The notes: a model not told the origin generated them from the letters alone. A DNA stretch of 64,000 nt from Thermostichus sp. DRC_bins_24 (GCA_039794845.1 JAUQVK010000037.1:1-64000); one strand, 5' to 3'. Shown: positions 17,362 to 28,017, counted from the first letter of the stretch. Numbers and translations are program-made.

Positions 17362-19098
17362 CTACTCTTGAATATAGAGCTGATCCAAATTCCACAATGG
17401 CCCCAGAATCGGGCGCGGATCCACCCCTTCAACGCGGTTACGCACCGCCGAGAGCACAAGGGGGTTAAAGGTGCCAATTTGGGGCAGTTGTTCTTGGATG
17501 ATGATCTGAAACCGGTCGTAAAGCGCCTTGCGCCTTTCAAACTCCAGCTCGCGTACGCCCTCAATAAAAATACGGTCGATCTCCCGTTCCCAATCGGAAA
17601 CCTGGACGCCTTCGGCAGGATTGTTGGGCAAATCCCCCAGGTTAAACAGGTGCAGACGACCGTCGCTGCGCCAAATGTTGGAGCCATTGTTCGGCTCGGT
17701 GCCTCCACCGCCAAAGCCCAGCAACAGGGTTTCCCAATCCCGGGCATCGGTGCGTTGCACCAGGGTATTGAAGGCAATCGGGCTGAAGTCTACGGTGATG
17801 CCAATGCGCTCCAGATCCGCTTTGATCAGGGATCCTGTTGCCTCTCGCTGGTTGTTGCCGGCATTGGTGATCAGGTTAAAGCGCACCCGGTTGCCCTCGG
17901 GATCCCGGAGGTTGCCTACCTCGTCGTAGGTATAGCCCGCATCCAACAGCAGTTGCCGGGCTTTGTCGGGGTCGTAATCGTAGGTGGGCAGGCCTTCTTC
18001 TGGGCTGAGATAAAAGGGGTTGGCCGGAGAGAGCACCGAATGCTGGATTTCCCCCAACCCCTGCAACACGCTGTCTACGTAAGATTGCCGGTTCATGGCA
18101 TGGGCGACGGCTTTGCGAAAGCTGAGGTCGTTAAACCAGCGACTTTTCACCGGATCCACAAAGGGCCGCCCGGTTTGGGGGTTACGGGCCTGGCTCAGGT
18201 TAAAGGCGAAGAAATTGTTGTTCAGGGTGGGGCCAAGATCGTAAATGGTGAACTGATCCCGTTCTTCTTCTCGCTTCAGGAGCTGAAAATCCCCACCCCG
18301 CACCGCCACCCAATCGGTCTCGCGGGAGCGAAACTGCAACAGGGCCGTATCCTCGGAATCGACAATGCGCAGGATCACCCGTTCAATGCGCGGGATCCCT
18401 TCCCCTTTCCAGTAGTAGGGATTGGGTCGATACACCAGCCGTTGCCCAGGGGTATATTCCTGCAACCTGTAGGGTCCAGCCCCTACGAGTTCTTCTACCG
18501 GCGTATTGATGCCCCAGGTTTGCAAAAAGAGCGGGTTACCCTGGCCATCCACCTGCTCGACGGTCGGCTCCAAAATGTGCTTGGGCAAAATGGTGGATCC
18601 CGCTTGAATCAAAAAAGGGGCAAACGGCTCTGGCAGCACAAACTCGATCCGCCGCTCATCCAAAGCCCGCACCTGTGGCAGCGCCCCTGACTCGCCAATC
18701 CGCTTCACATCCCGTGACGAGGTCGGGATCCGCTCATCGAAAATGATGCGGTTGAAGGTAAAATCCACATCGGCTGCCGTCAGAGGCTCCCCATCCGACC
18801 AGCGCAAGCCCTCGCGCAGGGTGAAGACATAGCGCAGGCCGTCGTCGAACACTTCCCAGCTTTCCGCCAGCTCGGGTTTGGGCAAGAGGGTATCTTCATC
18901 GAGGGTGACCAATCCGGCTTCTAGGTAGGTGATGGCATCACGGCTGGAGCTTTCGGCAGCCAGGTAGGTATTGAAGGTTCTGGGATCGGAAGTGACCGTG
19001 CCGATCAGGTGGGGACGGGTGGGAACCGCACAGCCACTTATCCCAAAGCCAAGGATTCCAGCCCAAAGAAGCACCACCCAGACAATCGCCCCTCGCAT
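17362..19098 (-). CDS. Peptide/nickel ABC transporter substrate-binding lipoprotein (family 5)
   Basis: Lipobox ISGC; DPRTFN, LAESWEV, LREGLRWSDGEPLTAADVDFT. Start uncertain (19098-19173). Confidence 0.9.
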   Translation of the reverse strand: MRGAIVWVVLLWAGILGFGISGCAVPTRPHLIGTVTSDPRTFNTYLAAESSSRDAITYLEAGLVTLDEDTLLPKPELAESWEVFDDGLRYVFTLREGLRWSDGEPLTAADVDFTFNRIIFDERIPTSSRDVKRIGESGALPQVRALDERRIEFVLPEPFAPFLIQAGSTILPKHILEPTVEQVDGQGNPLFLQTWGINTPVEELVGAGPYRLQEYTPGQRLVYRPNPYYWKGEGIPRIERVILRIVDSEDTALLQFRSRETDWVAVRGGDFQLLKREEERDQFTIYDLGPTLNNNFFAFNLSQARNPQTGRPFVDPVKSRWFNDLSFRKAVAHAMNRQSYVDSVLQGLGEIQHSVLSPANPFYLSPEEGLPTYDYDPDKARQLLLDAGYTYDEVGNLRDPEGNRVRFNLITNAGNNQREATGSLIKADLERIGITVDFSPIAFNTLVQRTDARDWETLLLGFGGGGTEPNNGSNIWRSDGRLHLFNLGDLPNNPAEGVQVSDWEREIDRIFIEGVRELEFERRKALYDRFQIIIQEQLPQIGTFNPLVLSAVRNRVEGVDPRPILGPLWNLDQLYIQE

Positions 19099-19176
19099 GT
19101 GTTTGGTTCTGGATTGCGCAACCGCCATTCTTTTGTCTCCAACCCTGTGCTGGGCCTCTAGTTTGGCATTCACCCC

Positions 19177-19653
19177 CTACTCGGTGGCCAGTAACAGGGC
19201 CACGGCAAAGGCTGCAATTGCCTCTCCTTTCCCTACAGGGCCGAGTTTTTCGTTGGTGGTTGCCTTAACCCCCACTTGCCGGGGTGAGATCTGCATCGCT
19301 TTGGCCAAACGGGCCTGCATGTCGGGGATGTGGGGTTTGAGTTTGGGTCGTTCCGCCACCACCACCGTGTCGATATTGCCGATTTGCCAGCCCTCTTGGC
19401 TCACCAGTTGCACCACCTGCTGCAACAGCAGAATGCTATCCGCCCCTTTCCACTGCTCATCTTCGGGGGGAAAGTAGTAGCCGATATCCCGCAGGGCCGC
19501 CGCCCCGAGCAGGGCATCCATGATCGCGTGGGTGAGCACATCGGCGTCGCTATGGCCCAACAGCCCCTTTTCGTAAGGAACCGGGATCCCTCCCAGAATC
19601 AGGGGGCGCCCGGGCACCAGCCGGTGAATGTCATATCCCTGGCCAATCCGCAC
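19177..19653 (-). CDS. ispF: 2-C-methyl-D-erythritol 2,4-cyclodiphosphate synthase
   Basis: [29 protein letters not shown]. Confidence 0.97.
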   Translation of the reverse strand: MRIGQGYDIHRLVPGRPLILGGIPVPYEKGLLGHSDADVLTHAIMDALLGAAALRDIGYYFPPEDEQWKGADSILLLQQVVQLVSQEGWQIGNIDTVVVAERPKLKPHIPDMQARLAKAMQISPRQVGVKATTNEKLGPVGKGEAIAAFAVALLLATE

Positions 19654-19978
19654 GGCTTTCTGGCTCCTCTGTGAGGGTGCTTGGGGTGTTATTGGTGTCG
19701 CTGTCCTTCGGCCCGCAGGGGATCCCGTCTTCTAAGGGTGTTAAGGGTGTCCAGCCCGCCTGCCAGAGGGCCCGATTTTTCAAGGTGGAGGCATTCACCC
19801 AAATGCGCACCTGGGGGTCACAGACTGCCCGCAGCTCCGCAAACACCAAACCACCGCCCCCCTGTTGTCGTTCTTTGACCTGAAAATGTCGCCAACCCAT
19901 GACGGGGCGTACCGATGTCCATTTGGAGCCGAGGAGGTGAGGGAACCGCTGTTTGTGGCGGGGTTTGCTGCGAGCCAT
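19631..19978 (-). CDS. TIGR02450-type Trp-rich protein
   Basis: LLGSKWT...GWRHFQV...[11 protein letters not shown] pattern. Confidence 0.8.
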   Translation of the reverse strand: MARSKPRHKQRFPHLLGSKWTSVRPVMGWRHFQVKERQQGGGGLVFAELRAVCDPQVRIWVNASTLKNRALWQAGWTPLTPLEDGIPCGPKDSDTNNTPSTLTEEPESRADWPGI

Positions 19979-20130
19979 AGAGTTGGGTTCGGTAAGGCAA
20001 GGGGCGGTGAGCCTTCCACTATGATCGTGCTACACACGACCCCGAGGGTCATTGTGCTACACACAACCTAGCTAGCGGGTCCTTGAGGGGATCCTCCTGT
20101 ATCTCAGCCTATCCAACTATGGAGCAACAC

Positions 20131-20517
20131 ATGCAACGGCTTTGGGCGTCTTTCTGTCAAGGGTTCATGAAAGGGGGCCTTGTGCTTCTGCTCCTGGCTT
20201 GCCTGATCTTAGGAACAGAACTGCCCCTGCTGGCGGCCACCGGCCCAACCTTATCGGGCAAACTCACGGGGCCAGAGTGGCTACAGGCGGATCCCGAGGC
20301 CAAACAGGCCTTTTGTCGCAAAGCTTTTCAAACCTTTCGGGCCTCTCCTTCCCAGAGCTACATCATCAGTTCCAATGTGCAGTCTTTAACGCCAGAGGGG
20401 TTGTGTCAGCGGTTGGATCAGTTTTATCAGTATCCCATCAACGACGAGATCCCCATCAACCAAGCGGCCAATATTGCCCCACTGCTGTTTTCAGATTTGC
20501 CTCTGGAGCAACCGTAG
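20131..20517 (+). CDS. Hypothetical exported protein
   Basis: GGAG RBS before ATG 20131, hydrophobic signal, paired Cys (FCRK/LCQR). Confidence 0.6.
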   Translation: MQRLWASFCQGFMKGGLVLLLLACLILGTELPLLAATGPTLSGKLTGPEWLQADPEAKQAFCRKAFQTFRASPSQSYIISSNVQSLTPEGLCQRLDQFYQYPINDEIPINQAANIAPLLFSDLPLEQP

Positions 20518-20589
20518 GCGGGCAGGGGCATTGCAGCCGAAGCTGAAGCCGTTCCCTCACCTCCTTCGCGCAGCGTGGCACCGGCCGTA

Positions 20590-20649
20590 ACCCTCTCCCA
20601 AAGCGGGGTAGAGGGGCTTAAAGTCTCCTTCTGAGCTGGAATAGCTATA
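20590..20649 (-). repeat. Short dispersed repeat / MITE family B copy
   Basis: Reverse complement TATAGCTATTCCAGCTCAGAAGGAGAC..AGCCCCTCTACCCCGCTTTGGGAGAGGG matches 3981-4050. It overlaps the GH38 stop codon. Confidence 0.65.
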
Positions 20650-23329
20650 GGAAAGCCAAGCAGAGGATTTGAGCCGGTTCGAGGTGGAGCTCCACGGTGG
20701 CCGGTGCCCCCTTCGGTTCCGATTCAGGTTCACCTTTTGCTTCAGCGGGTAGCTCCCCCTCCGGCAGGGGATCCTCATTCAGATCACACCGATAGGCAGC
20801 GGTGATCGGGCGATGAATCTGCAGCCGGGCCCGCTGAGGGGTGGTGCTGCGGTTAAACAGTCTCAGAATCAGGCGACCGGCTTCGTCTTGCTTGAGGGCA
20901 GAAAGGGCGATCTTGGGGTTATCCAGCTGAATCAACCGGACTGGGATCCCTTGAGTGTGGGGTTGCTCGTAGTCGCCCAGCCACACCTGTTCCGCCCACA
21001 GAGGGGTAACCCAGGCATCGGCAAGGGTGGCGGCCTGTTCTGGCTCTGTGGCTCCCTCCACCCAGCGCCAAGCGTACTCAAAGCGATGCTCTCCCTGGCA
21101 TTGCCCTTCTGGGGTGGGTAAACTCGGCCCCGCCTGAACCCGGCGAATCGCTCCACCGGAGCGAGACAATAGGCCCACCGCCCGCAATAGGGTTAGGGCA
21201 CAGCGGGTGTCTGGCTCCTGACCCACTAGCTCGTATTCATGTAACCCACGATGGGCGATGACAATGCCGTGGCCCTGGGAGGGGGTGTAAATCATGTCTT
21301 GGCTGAACTGAGTTGGGTAAAGCCCTTCCCCCGGATAGCCCTGAAAACAGTGGGCCTCCGGCCCGCTGACGCGAACGGGAGCTTGATTTTGCCGATTCAC
21401 ACGGGGCCGCAGCTGTACCTGAAAATGCCCGCTCACGTAAGCTCGGTCAACCGCCCTGCCGCAAGGCAACAACACCCGCAGCCGATGATTGCGCAACCTG
21501 TTGTGGAAGTGGGTGGTGAACTGGATCCATTCCTGTTGTAAATGAATGTCGGTGACCAGATGCAAAGGATTTGAGGGATCCCAGGGAAGGCTCACCACCT
21601 GCAGGTGCTGGGCAGCAAGGCGGGTCACCGTCGATTGGGAAAACACAACCGGGGAGCCGTGCAAGCTGCAACTGTACAGATCCCCCTCATCCTGCTGATC
21701 TTCAAACCGCAGCAACTCGGAAAACACCTGCCCAGAGGGTTTATGCAGCAGCGTCAGTTGGCCCGTTGCGTTGGCGGTGATTTTGTAAATGGCATTCTCG
21801 ATCTCTGGCTCGATCTCTGGCTCAATCTTTGGGGAGACGTGCTGAGGAGCGGAAGCTTCGGGAGCCGGAGAGTGAGAACCGGCAGCCGTCAAGCGCAAAA
21901 AACGCAGCCCCGTGGCCGGCATTGTTACTTCAAAACGGATCTTGAGTCGGGATCCCTGTCGGAAATCCAGATGGCGGGCTTGAAAGTCGGCGGTCTCCTC
22001 GAGTTCCACCTCCACCGGAATTTCTTGACCCGCCTCATCCCGGAGAGCATAACCCTTCACGGAGGGATCCCCGCGCCAAAGCAGAGAACACTCCACCTGC
22101 TGAGGGATGGGGTAAGGATGGGGGTTGAAGACGGCCACCAGCTCGGTGGAGGGCTCTTGGCCAAACCCTGTCTGTAATGCCAACTGAGAGAGGGCCTCGG
22201 CGACAACACTGCGGGCGATGGTTTCCGCCTGACGGAAATGAAAGATATTGTCTTGATGCACAGGGTCAAGGCTACAGCCGCAAATGTCGTCGTGGGGATG
22301 GCATAACAGCACCTGTCGCCAAGCTTCTTCTAGGTGGGCCACCAACGGGATCCCGTCTTGGCCCAGAGCGGCCACCAATGGCTCCGCATAGCGTTCCAGA
22401 AGCGATTGCACCCGTTGATTGCGCTGTTTCAACCCAACCCGAGCCGACCACACATTGCTAAGGATGGGGTGATGGGCATTGCCGAGCAATTCGCCACTGT
22501 AGGTTGCCAAGTCCGGCTGACGGTCGAGCATCGCCTGGATCAGTTCCGGGTAGCTGCCGTGGCTGAGGGGAATATCCGGGCAAGCCTGTTGCGCTTTTTC
22601 GATAAGGTCCGGCAGTTCCGGCTGGGGGGGCATGTGGTCGCCGCCATTGCAGAGGGGGATCACCCCGGTGCGGCTGTGGGGAAGCAGTTGCTCTAGGCAC
22701 GCCTGCAGCTGTTGTACCGCCAGGTGGGGATCCGGCACTCGGCCCCGAAACTGCCCGAACCGATGGGGATGCCCCCAGGCGGAGAGATTGTCGTAGCCCC
22801 CGCGCAGGTTCACCGCCAACACCCGACTGCCATCTGGGGCTTGCCAATAAAATTCCGTCCCTGTGCGGTCAAACAGCTCCGCCGACATTCCCCGCATAAA
22901 CACAAAAGAGCGCAAACCAAAGCCCCGTAATATCTGCGGCATCTGGGCAATGTGGCCAAAAGAATCGGGCATGTACCCCTCCCTCGGGATCCCACCCCAG
23001 GCCCGTACCGAGCGGATCCCCCGTTGCAAATTGCGGATCAACGCTTCTCCACTCACCAAGAATTCGTCCGGCAATACGAAAAAAGGCCCTACCTGCAGCC
23101 GCCCTGACCGGATCCACTGCTCGATTTGGGGCCAGCGTTGGGGGCGAATGTGTCGGTAGTCTTCCAACACCACCGTTTGTCCATCCAAGGTGAAGCAGCG
23201 GTAGTCCGGTTGACTCTCGAAAATATCCAGCACCTGGTCGATCAGGCGAACCAACTGCAGCCGATACGCTTCAAACGGAAGGTACCAGGCCCGATCCCAA
23301 TGGGTGTGAGAGATGATGATGGCGTGCAT
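20645..23329 (-). CDS. Glycoside hydrolase family 38 (alpha-mannosidase / MngB-like)
   Basis: ISHTHWDRAWY, FTLDGQ, PDEFLVSGEALIRNL, YMPDSFGH, NGGDH, HPHDDICGCS. Confidence 0.92.
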   Translation of the reverse strand: MHAIIISHTHWDRAWYLPFEAYRLQLVRLIDQVLDIFESQPDYRCFTLDGQTVVLEDYRHIRPQRWPQIEQWIRSGRLQVGPFFVLPDEFLVSGEALIRNLQRGIRSVRAWGGIPREGYMPDSFGHIAQMPQILRGFGLRSFVFMRGMSAELFDRTGTEFYWQAPDGSRVLAVNLRGGYDNLSAWGHPHRFGQFRGRVPDPHLAVQQLQACLEQLLPHSRTGVIPLCNGGDHMPPQPELPDLIEKAQQACPDIPLSHGSYPELIQAMLDRQPDLATYSGELLGNAHHPILSNVWSARVGLKQRNQRVQSLLERYAEPLVAALGQDGIPLVAHLEEAWRQVLLCHPHDDICGCSLDPVHQDNIFHFRQAETIARSVVAEALSQLALQTGFGQEPSTELVAVFNPHPYPIPQQVECSLLWRGDPSVKGYALRDEAGQEIPVEVELEETADFQARHLDFRQGSRLKIRFEVTMPATGLRFLRLTAAGSHSPAPEASAPQHVSPKIEPEIEPEIENAIYKITANATGQLTLLHKPSGQVFSELLRFEDQQDEGDLYSCSLHGSPVVFSQSTVTRLAAQHLQVVSLPWDPSNPLHLVTDIHLQQEWIQFTTHFHNRLRNHRLRVLLPCGRAVDRAYVSGHFQVQLRPRVNRQNQAPVRVSGPEAHCFQGYPGEGLYPTQFSQDMIYTPSQGHGIVIAHRGLHEYELVGQEPDTRCALTLLRAVGLLSRSGGAIRRVQAGPSLPTPEGQCQGEHRFEYAWRWVEGATEPEQAATLADAWVTPLWAEQVWLGDYEQPHTQGIPVRLIQLDNPKIALSALKQDEAGRLILRLFNRSTTPQRARLQIHRPITAAYRCDLNEDPLPEGELPAEAKGEPESEPKGAPATVELHLEPAQILCLAFL

Positions 23330-23422
23330 CTCCCCAATTTAGCCGCTTGGGCCAATGGCAAGGATCCAGGATCCCTTCTCCACCGTCAGTCCGTTCCATG
23401 GATACAGGGGATCCCGGGGTCG

Positions 23423-24208
23423 TTACGGTAACCCCCAAGCTCTGGCCCGCTCCGCCAACCAACCAGAAGCGCGTAAATCCTCCAGTTCTTGGCGCACCTG
23501 CAGCCGCAATTGCGCTTGATCCAGCCCTTTTGGCAGGGCAATGCCCAACCCCACGGTCGCCAAGGGGGATCCCAAAAACCGAAACTGCGGATGCTCCGCC
23601 AGCCAGCCCGCCAAAACCGAGCGATCCGCCGCCCAAGCCTGGACTTCTCCTGCCAGGAGCAACTCGGATCCCTGCTGATAAGACTCGACGGCCACCAACT
23701 CTACCCCTGTCAAATGGCGGTTCAGGTGAGGGATGGCGCTGGATCCCTGCAATACCGCAACCCGACTGCCGCGTAGATCTGACCAGCTTTGCCACTCGGT
23801 GGAACGAGCCACAACCAAGCTGGGGCCATCCTGATAGTAGGCCGAGGTGAAGTCCACCTGGCGAGCACGATCCGGTGTAATGCCGATCTGGGCAATGGCC
23901 AGATCCACCCGGCCCGCAACCACCGCCTCCAACCGCTCCACATTGGAGACCGGGAGCAACTCCACCGCCTCCGGGGAACCCAACAGCCGGGATCCGATTT
24001 CTTGGGCCAGCTCAATCTCAAAGCCCTGCAAGTTCCCTTCGGGATCCCGAAACCCCAGCGGCCTCAGGTTATCCTTCACCCCAATGCGCAGCCGCCCCGA
24101 ATCCACGATCTCCAACCACGGACGGGCTTCTACCGGGATCCCCCACCTCAAGCAGACCAAAGCCGCCCCCAAAACCAGAGAGCGGACTAAAACAGACCGG
24201 GATCCCAT
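23423..24208 (-). CDS. Polar amino-acid ABC transporter substrate-binding protein (family 3)
   Basis: GRLRIGVKDNLRPLGF...GFEIELA, ITPDRARQVDFT. Start set at ATG 24208. Confidence 0.88.
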   Translation of the reverse strand: MGSRSVLVRSLVLGAALVCLRWGIPVEARPWLEIVDSGRLRIGVKDNLRPLGFRDPEGNLQGFEIELAQEIGSRLLGSPEAVELLPVSNVERLEAVVAGRVDLAIAQIGITPDRARQVDFTSAYYQDGPSLVVARSTEWQSWSDLRGSRVAVLQGSSAIPHLNRHLTGVELVAVESYQQGSELLLAGEVQAWAADRSVLAGWLAEHPQFRFLGSPLATVGLGIALPKGLDQAQLRLQVRQELEDLRASGWLAERARAWGLP

Positions 24209-24213
24209 TGTGG

Positions 24214-24570
24214 CTAAGAGGCCCGAGACTGGCGTGCCTCGGCGATCACCTGAGTGAAGGCATCGGGATCCAACATGGCCAGGCGAGCCAACATTTTGCG
24301 ATTCAGTTGGATGTCTGACTTTTTCAAGCCATCGATAAACTCGTTGTAGCGCAAGCCCTGGGCACGGGTGGCCGCATTGATGCGGGCAATCCACAGTTGA
24401 CGAAAATCCCGCTTCTTACGGCGGCGATCCCGATAAGCACTGCGCAGCGCCTTCATCACCTGCTGATTGGCGGTGCGGAATAGCTTGGAACCAGCACCCC
24501 GAAACCCTTTGGCCAGTTTCAGGATCTTCTTGCGGCGTTTGCGGGCGACATTGCCCCGTTTTACTCTCAT
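24214..24570 (-). CDS. rplT: 50S ribosomal protein L20
   Basis: [25 protein letters not shown]...LWIARINAA. Confidence 0.98.
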   Translation of the reverse strand: MRVKRGNVARKRRKKILKLAKGFRGAGSKLFRTANQQVMKALRSAYRDRRRKKRDFRQLWIARINAATRAQGLRYNEFIDGLKKSDIQLNRKMLARLAMLDPDAFTQVIAEARQSRAS

Positions 24571-24648
24571 GGTCTTGACTCAAAGACAACTCAAATCCAA
24601 ACTTCCTTCAAGATTGGCAAACCAGTCGGGATCCCCAAGCCGGAAATC

Positions 24649-24849
24649 TTAGTGGGTGTTGGGCAACATCAGGCGCACATTGCCTGCATCCCGTTCATCC
24701 ACCAGAGCCACCCCTGCCAATTTGCGTTTGCGGTTGGTGGTTTTGTGCTCGAACAGGTGATTGTGTCCGGCCTTGCGACGCATAAACTTGCCGCTGCCGG
24801 TGAGGCGAAAGCGCTTAGCTGCTCCCTTGCGGGTTTTGATTTTGGGCAT
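24649..24849 (-). CDS. rpmI: 50S ribosomal protein L35
   Basis: [21 protein letters not shown]; lies upstream of rplT. Confidence 0.98.
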   Translation of the reverse strand: MPKIKTRKGAAKRFRLTGSGKFMRRKAGHNHLFEHKTTNRKRKLAGVALVDERDAGNVRLMLPNTH

Positions 24850-24978
24850 GATGATAACCGCAGAATACTAACGGCTGGAGCGAAAGGTCACAGCTTTCTA
24901 GCATAAGACATAAGAGCCAACGAGAGCAAACCCCCCACAGACCTTCTCTATTCTAATGATCCAATGAGTCCAATACGG

Positions 24979-26241
24979 TTAGTCTTGGGGTTGTAGCAGC
25001 AGCACTTGCCAGCGCAGCAGTTGTTGCAGTTGCTCAACGCTCAGGGGCGAGTCGATCCGGCCTTGAATGTCTTTGACGGTGCGGATCCCGTCAACTTGTT
25101 GCAGAAAGGCAAAAGCCTCCTCGCTCAGGGAAATGGCCTCGTAGGCGTAGTTAAAAAGGCTTCGTCCAGGCCACAAGCCCAGACAAGGGCTGAGGTGAGC
25201 AACGGCAGATTCTAGGGTTTCCAGAGTGTGCCACTCCCGCTGGGGCAAAGGGGGCCTTCCCAAAAACAGCTCATAGTGGGCCACCACCGGATCCAACAGC
25301 TCGATCAGGCGGTAGCGCTCTTGTTCCGGCAGTTGTGAGGCTTGGGCCAGCAAAGATTCATCCTTGCCCAACACCCGTTGCAGTTGCCAAAACTCCGGGT
25401 TGGAAAAGCGCAAAAACTGCAGACCTGAGGCTTGAATCAAATCAAAAAGGGTTTCGATGGTGTAGTCAATTTCCTGGGGGTGCAGGTACATATCGGCAAA
25501 ACATTCATCATCCACATTTTCGGTGGCCCAGCGGCTGCGTTCTTGTTGTTGGATGCGATTGGTTTCCGGCAATATCTGAAATAGGCTGCGCCCTATTTGT
25601 AGGCCCTTTTGTAACTGCTCCACGGAGGTCAGAGGTTGATGTTCAGACCCGTTCACCAGTAGGCGGATGGCTTTTTGCATCAGGCGAATTTCGTGGCGGC
25701 CCAGCTCCCCATAGACAAACAAATGCAGGATCCCACCTGGAGCCAATTTGCTGGCCAGAGCTTGGATCCCGGCCACCGGATCCGGCAGGTGGTGAATCAT
25801 GCCCACACAATTGATGAAATCGAACTGCCCCGGAAGTTGGTCGATATCGTAAACATTCAGCTCTCGAAACTGCACGGGCGGGGCTTGAGAAGCCTGACAG
25901 CGAGCTTGGGCAATCTGTAGGGCTTGGCTGCTCAGATCAAAAGCCCAAATCTCTGCCTCAGGATTTTGATGGGCAATGTATTCCGTCCCCACCCCCGAGC
26001 CACAGCCCGCATCGAGAATGCGAACCGGACGCTTGCCAGGATGGGATCCCGTACAAAAGGCATAGGCTTGGGGCCAGCTCCAACGCCAGTTCCACCCCGG
26101 CGGGGGAAGGGTGCCAATCGGCTGCGGCGGGAAAGGATAGTGGTTGTAGAGTTGCCGCACTTGGCTGAGGATTTGCTCTGCACTGCGAGGGTCAGGCTGC
26201 ATAGGGGCGCTGGCTCTATCGGTGGCAGGTGCTGCCTTCAT
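24979..26241 (-). CDS. Class I SAM-dependent methyltransferase (conserved cyanobacterial)
   Basis: ILDAGCGSG motif I, FDFINCVGMIHHLPDP, LAPGG. Confidence 0.88.
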   Translation of the reverse strand: MKAAPATDRASAPMQPDPRSAEQILSQVRQLYNHYPFPPQPIGTLPPPGWNWRWSWPQAYAFCTGSHPGKRPVRILDAGCGSGVGTEYIAHQNPEAEIWAFDLSSQALQIAQARCQASQAPPVQFRELNVYDIDQLPGQFDFINCVGMIHHLPDPVAGIQALASKLAPGGILHLFVYGELGRHEIRLMQKAIRLLVNGSEHQPLTSVEQLQKGLQIGRSLFQILPETNRIQQQERSRWATENVDDECFADMYLHPQEIDYTIETLFDLIQASGLQFLRFSNPEFWQLQRVLGKDESLLAQASQLPEQERYRLIELLDPVVAHYELFLGRPPLPQREWHTLETLESAVAHLSPCLGLWPGRSLFNYAYEAISLSEEAFAFLQQVDGIRTVKDIQGRIDSPLSVEQLQQLLRWQVLLLQPQD

Positions 26242-26340
26242 TCAGCGAACATATCATCTTTCCCCGCTTCTTCCCGGCAAGACTATCAAGAAGACTATCA
26301 AGACTATAGTGAGCTTAGGCTCCTCCCAACTATTTTGCCC

Positions 26341-27831
26341 ATGACTGTTCAGGCTCCCCCTTCTCTGCAAACGGGTCTTACCTTCGACTGGCTCAAGCTG
26401 ATCGCCGAACTGAAGAAAGTATTGGATCCAGAACGGGTGATCAGCAAGCCGGAAGAACTGCTGGTGTACGAATGTGATGGACTGGTCAGCTATCGTCAAA
26501 GGCCAGCGCTGGTGGTGTTGCCCCGTACCACTGAAGAAATCTCACAGGTGATTAAACTGTGTGGGCGTTATCAGGTGCCGTTTGTGGCGCGCGGATCGGG
26601 CACGGGGCTGTCGGGGGGGGCTTTACCTGTCGAACATTGCGTGGTCATCGCCACCACCCTGATGAAGCGGATCCTGGAGATCGATCTGGAAAATCGGTAC
26701 ATGGTGGTTCAGCCGGGGGTGATCAACACTTGGATTACCCAGGCGGTCGCCCCACAAGGGTATTTCTACGCGCCGGATCCCTCTAGCCAATCGGTTTGCT
26801 CCATTGGGGGCAATGTGGCAGAGAACTCCGGCGGTGTGCACTGCCTGAAATATGGGGTGACGGCTAACCACATTCTGGGCTTAACGGTGGTGCTGCCGGA
26901 TGGGGAAGTGATGCAACTGGGGGGCAAAATCCCCGAAATGCCTGGGTATGACTGGGTGGGGCTGTTCGTGGGATCCGAAGGCACCCTCGGCATGGCTACG
27001 GAGATCACCCTGCGTTTGGTGAAAACCCCGGAACACATCCAAGTCTTGCTGGCGGATTTTGACAGTGTTGAAGCCGCGGGATCCACCGTATCGGACATCA
27101 TTGCTGCCGGTATTATTCCCGCCGGTATGGAGATCATGGATAACTTCAGCATCAATGCTGTCGAGGATGTGGTGAATTTGGGCTACTACCCTCGGGATGC
27201 GGCGGCGATTTTGCTGGTGGAAGTGGATGGACTCAAGCTGGAGGTGGAGGAAGCCAGCGCACAGGTAGAGGCGCTGTGTTTCCAAAATGGAGCCCGCCAG
27301 GTGCAAACCGCCACCGATGCGGAAGAACGCTTACGGGTGTGGAAAGGGCGCAAGGCTGCTTTTGCCGCCATGGGTAAACTCAGCCCCAACTACTATGTGC
27401 AGGATGGGGTGATTCCTCGCAGTCAGCTTTCTTTTATCTTGGCGGAGATTGAGCGTCTTAGCCGCGAGTATGGCTATCCGGTGGCCAATGTCTTTCATGC
27501 CGGAGATGGGAATTTACACCCTCTCATCCTCTACGACGAGTCTGTGCCGGGATCCCTGGAGCAAGTGGAAAAATTGGGGGGGGAAATTCTCAAGCTCTGT
27601 GTGAAGTTGGGGGGCAGCATTTCCGGTGAACACGGCATTGGGGCCGACAAACGCTGTTATATGCCCGAAATGTTTACTGCCACCGATTTGGAAACCATGC
27701 AATGGGTACGACAGGTTTTTGACCCTGAGCATATTGCCAATCCTGGCAAGATCTTCCCCACCCCTCGCACCTGTGGCGAGGCGGCCCATGCCCATACCCA
27801 ACCAGAATGGCAAGGGATCCCGGCTTTTTGA
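26341..27831 (+). CDS. glcD: Glycolate oxidase/dehydrogenase FAD subunit
   Basis: RGSGTGLSGGA, YAPDPSSQ, ENSGGVHCLKYG, HAGDGNLHP, GEHGIG. Start set at ATG 26341. Confidence 0.93.
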   Translation: MTVQAPPSLQTGLTFDWLKLIAELKKVLDPERVISKPEELLVYECDGLVSYRQRPALVVLPRTTEEISQVIKLCGRYQVPFVARGSGTGLSGGALPVEHCVVIATTLMKRILEIDLENRYMVVQPGVINTWITQAVAPQGYFYAPDPSSQSVCSIGGNVAENSGGVHCLKYGVTANHILGLTVVLPDGEVMQLGGKIPEMPGYDWVGLFVGSEGTLGMATEITLRLVKTPEHIQVLLADFDSVEAAGSTVSDIIAAGIIPAGMEIMDNFSINAVEDVVNLGYYPRDAAAILLVEVDGLKLEVEEASAQVEALCFQNGARQVQTATDAEERLRVWKGRKAAFAAMGKLSPNYYVQDGVIPRSQLSFILAEIERLSREYGYPVANVFHAGDGNLHPLILYDESVPGSLEQVEKLGGEILKLCVKLGGSISGEHGIGADKRCYMPEMFTATDLETMQWVRQVFDPEHIANPGKIFPTPRTCGEAAHAHTQPEWQGIPAF

Positions 27832-28017
27832 GGTTGTATCTGGGGAGGAAATGGACAGGTAATCCCCATTTTCTAGGGGGAGCAGAGCGCTTTCGGGGGA
27901 GTGGGGAGGCGCACCATCGCCTGAGAGAAGGAAGACCTGTTTCTAGCCTATCAAGTTGGCTCCGGTGCAATTCGGGATCCGCGTCAGCAAAATGGTTTAA
28001 TGAGAATTTAGCGATCA

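Noticed and set aside
17368..18690. Long antisense ORF (440 aa) and many similar shadow ORFs
   Set aside because: They lie opposite well-supported genes in GC-rich DNA and have no recognisable motifs.
25924..26340. 139-aa N-terminal extension of GlcD (similar extensions on nadK, the family-3 binding protein, rplO, rpsS and the ABM gene)
   Set aside because: The extensions overlap neighbouring genes, and family similarity starts at internal ATGs.
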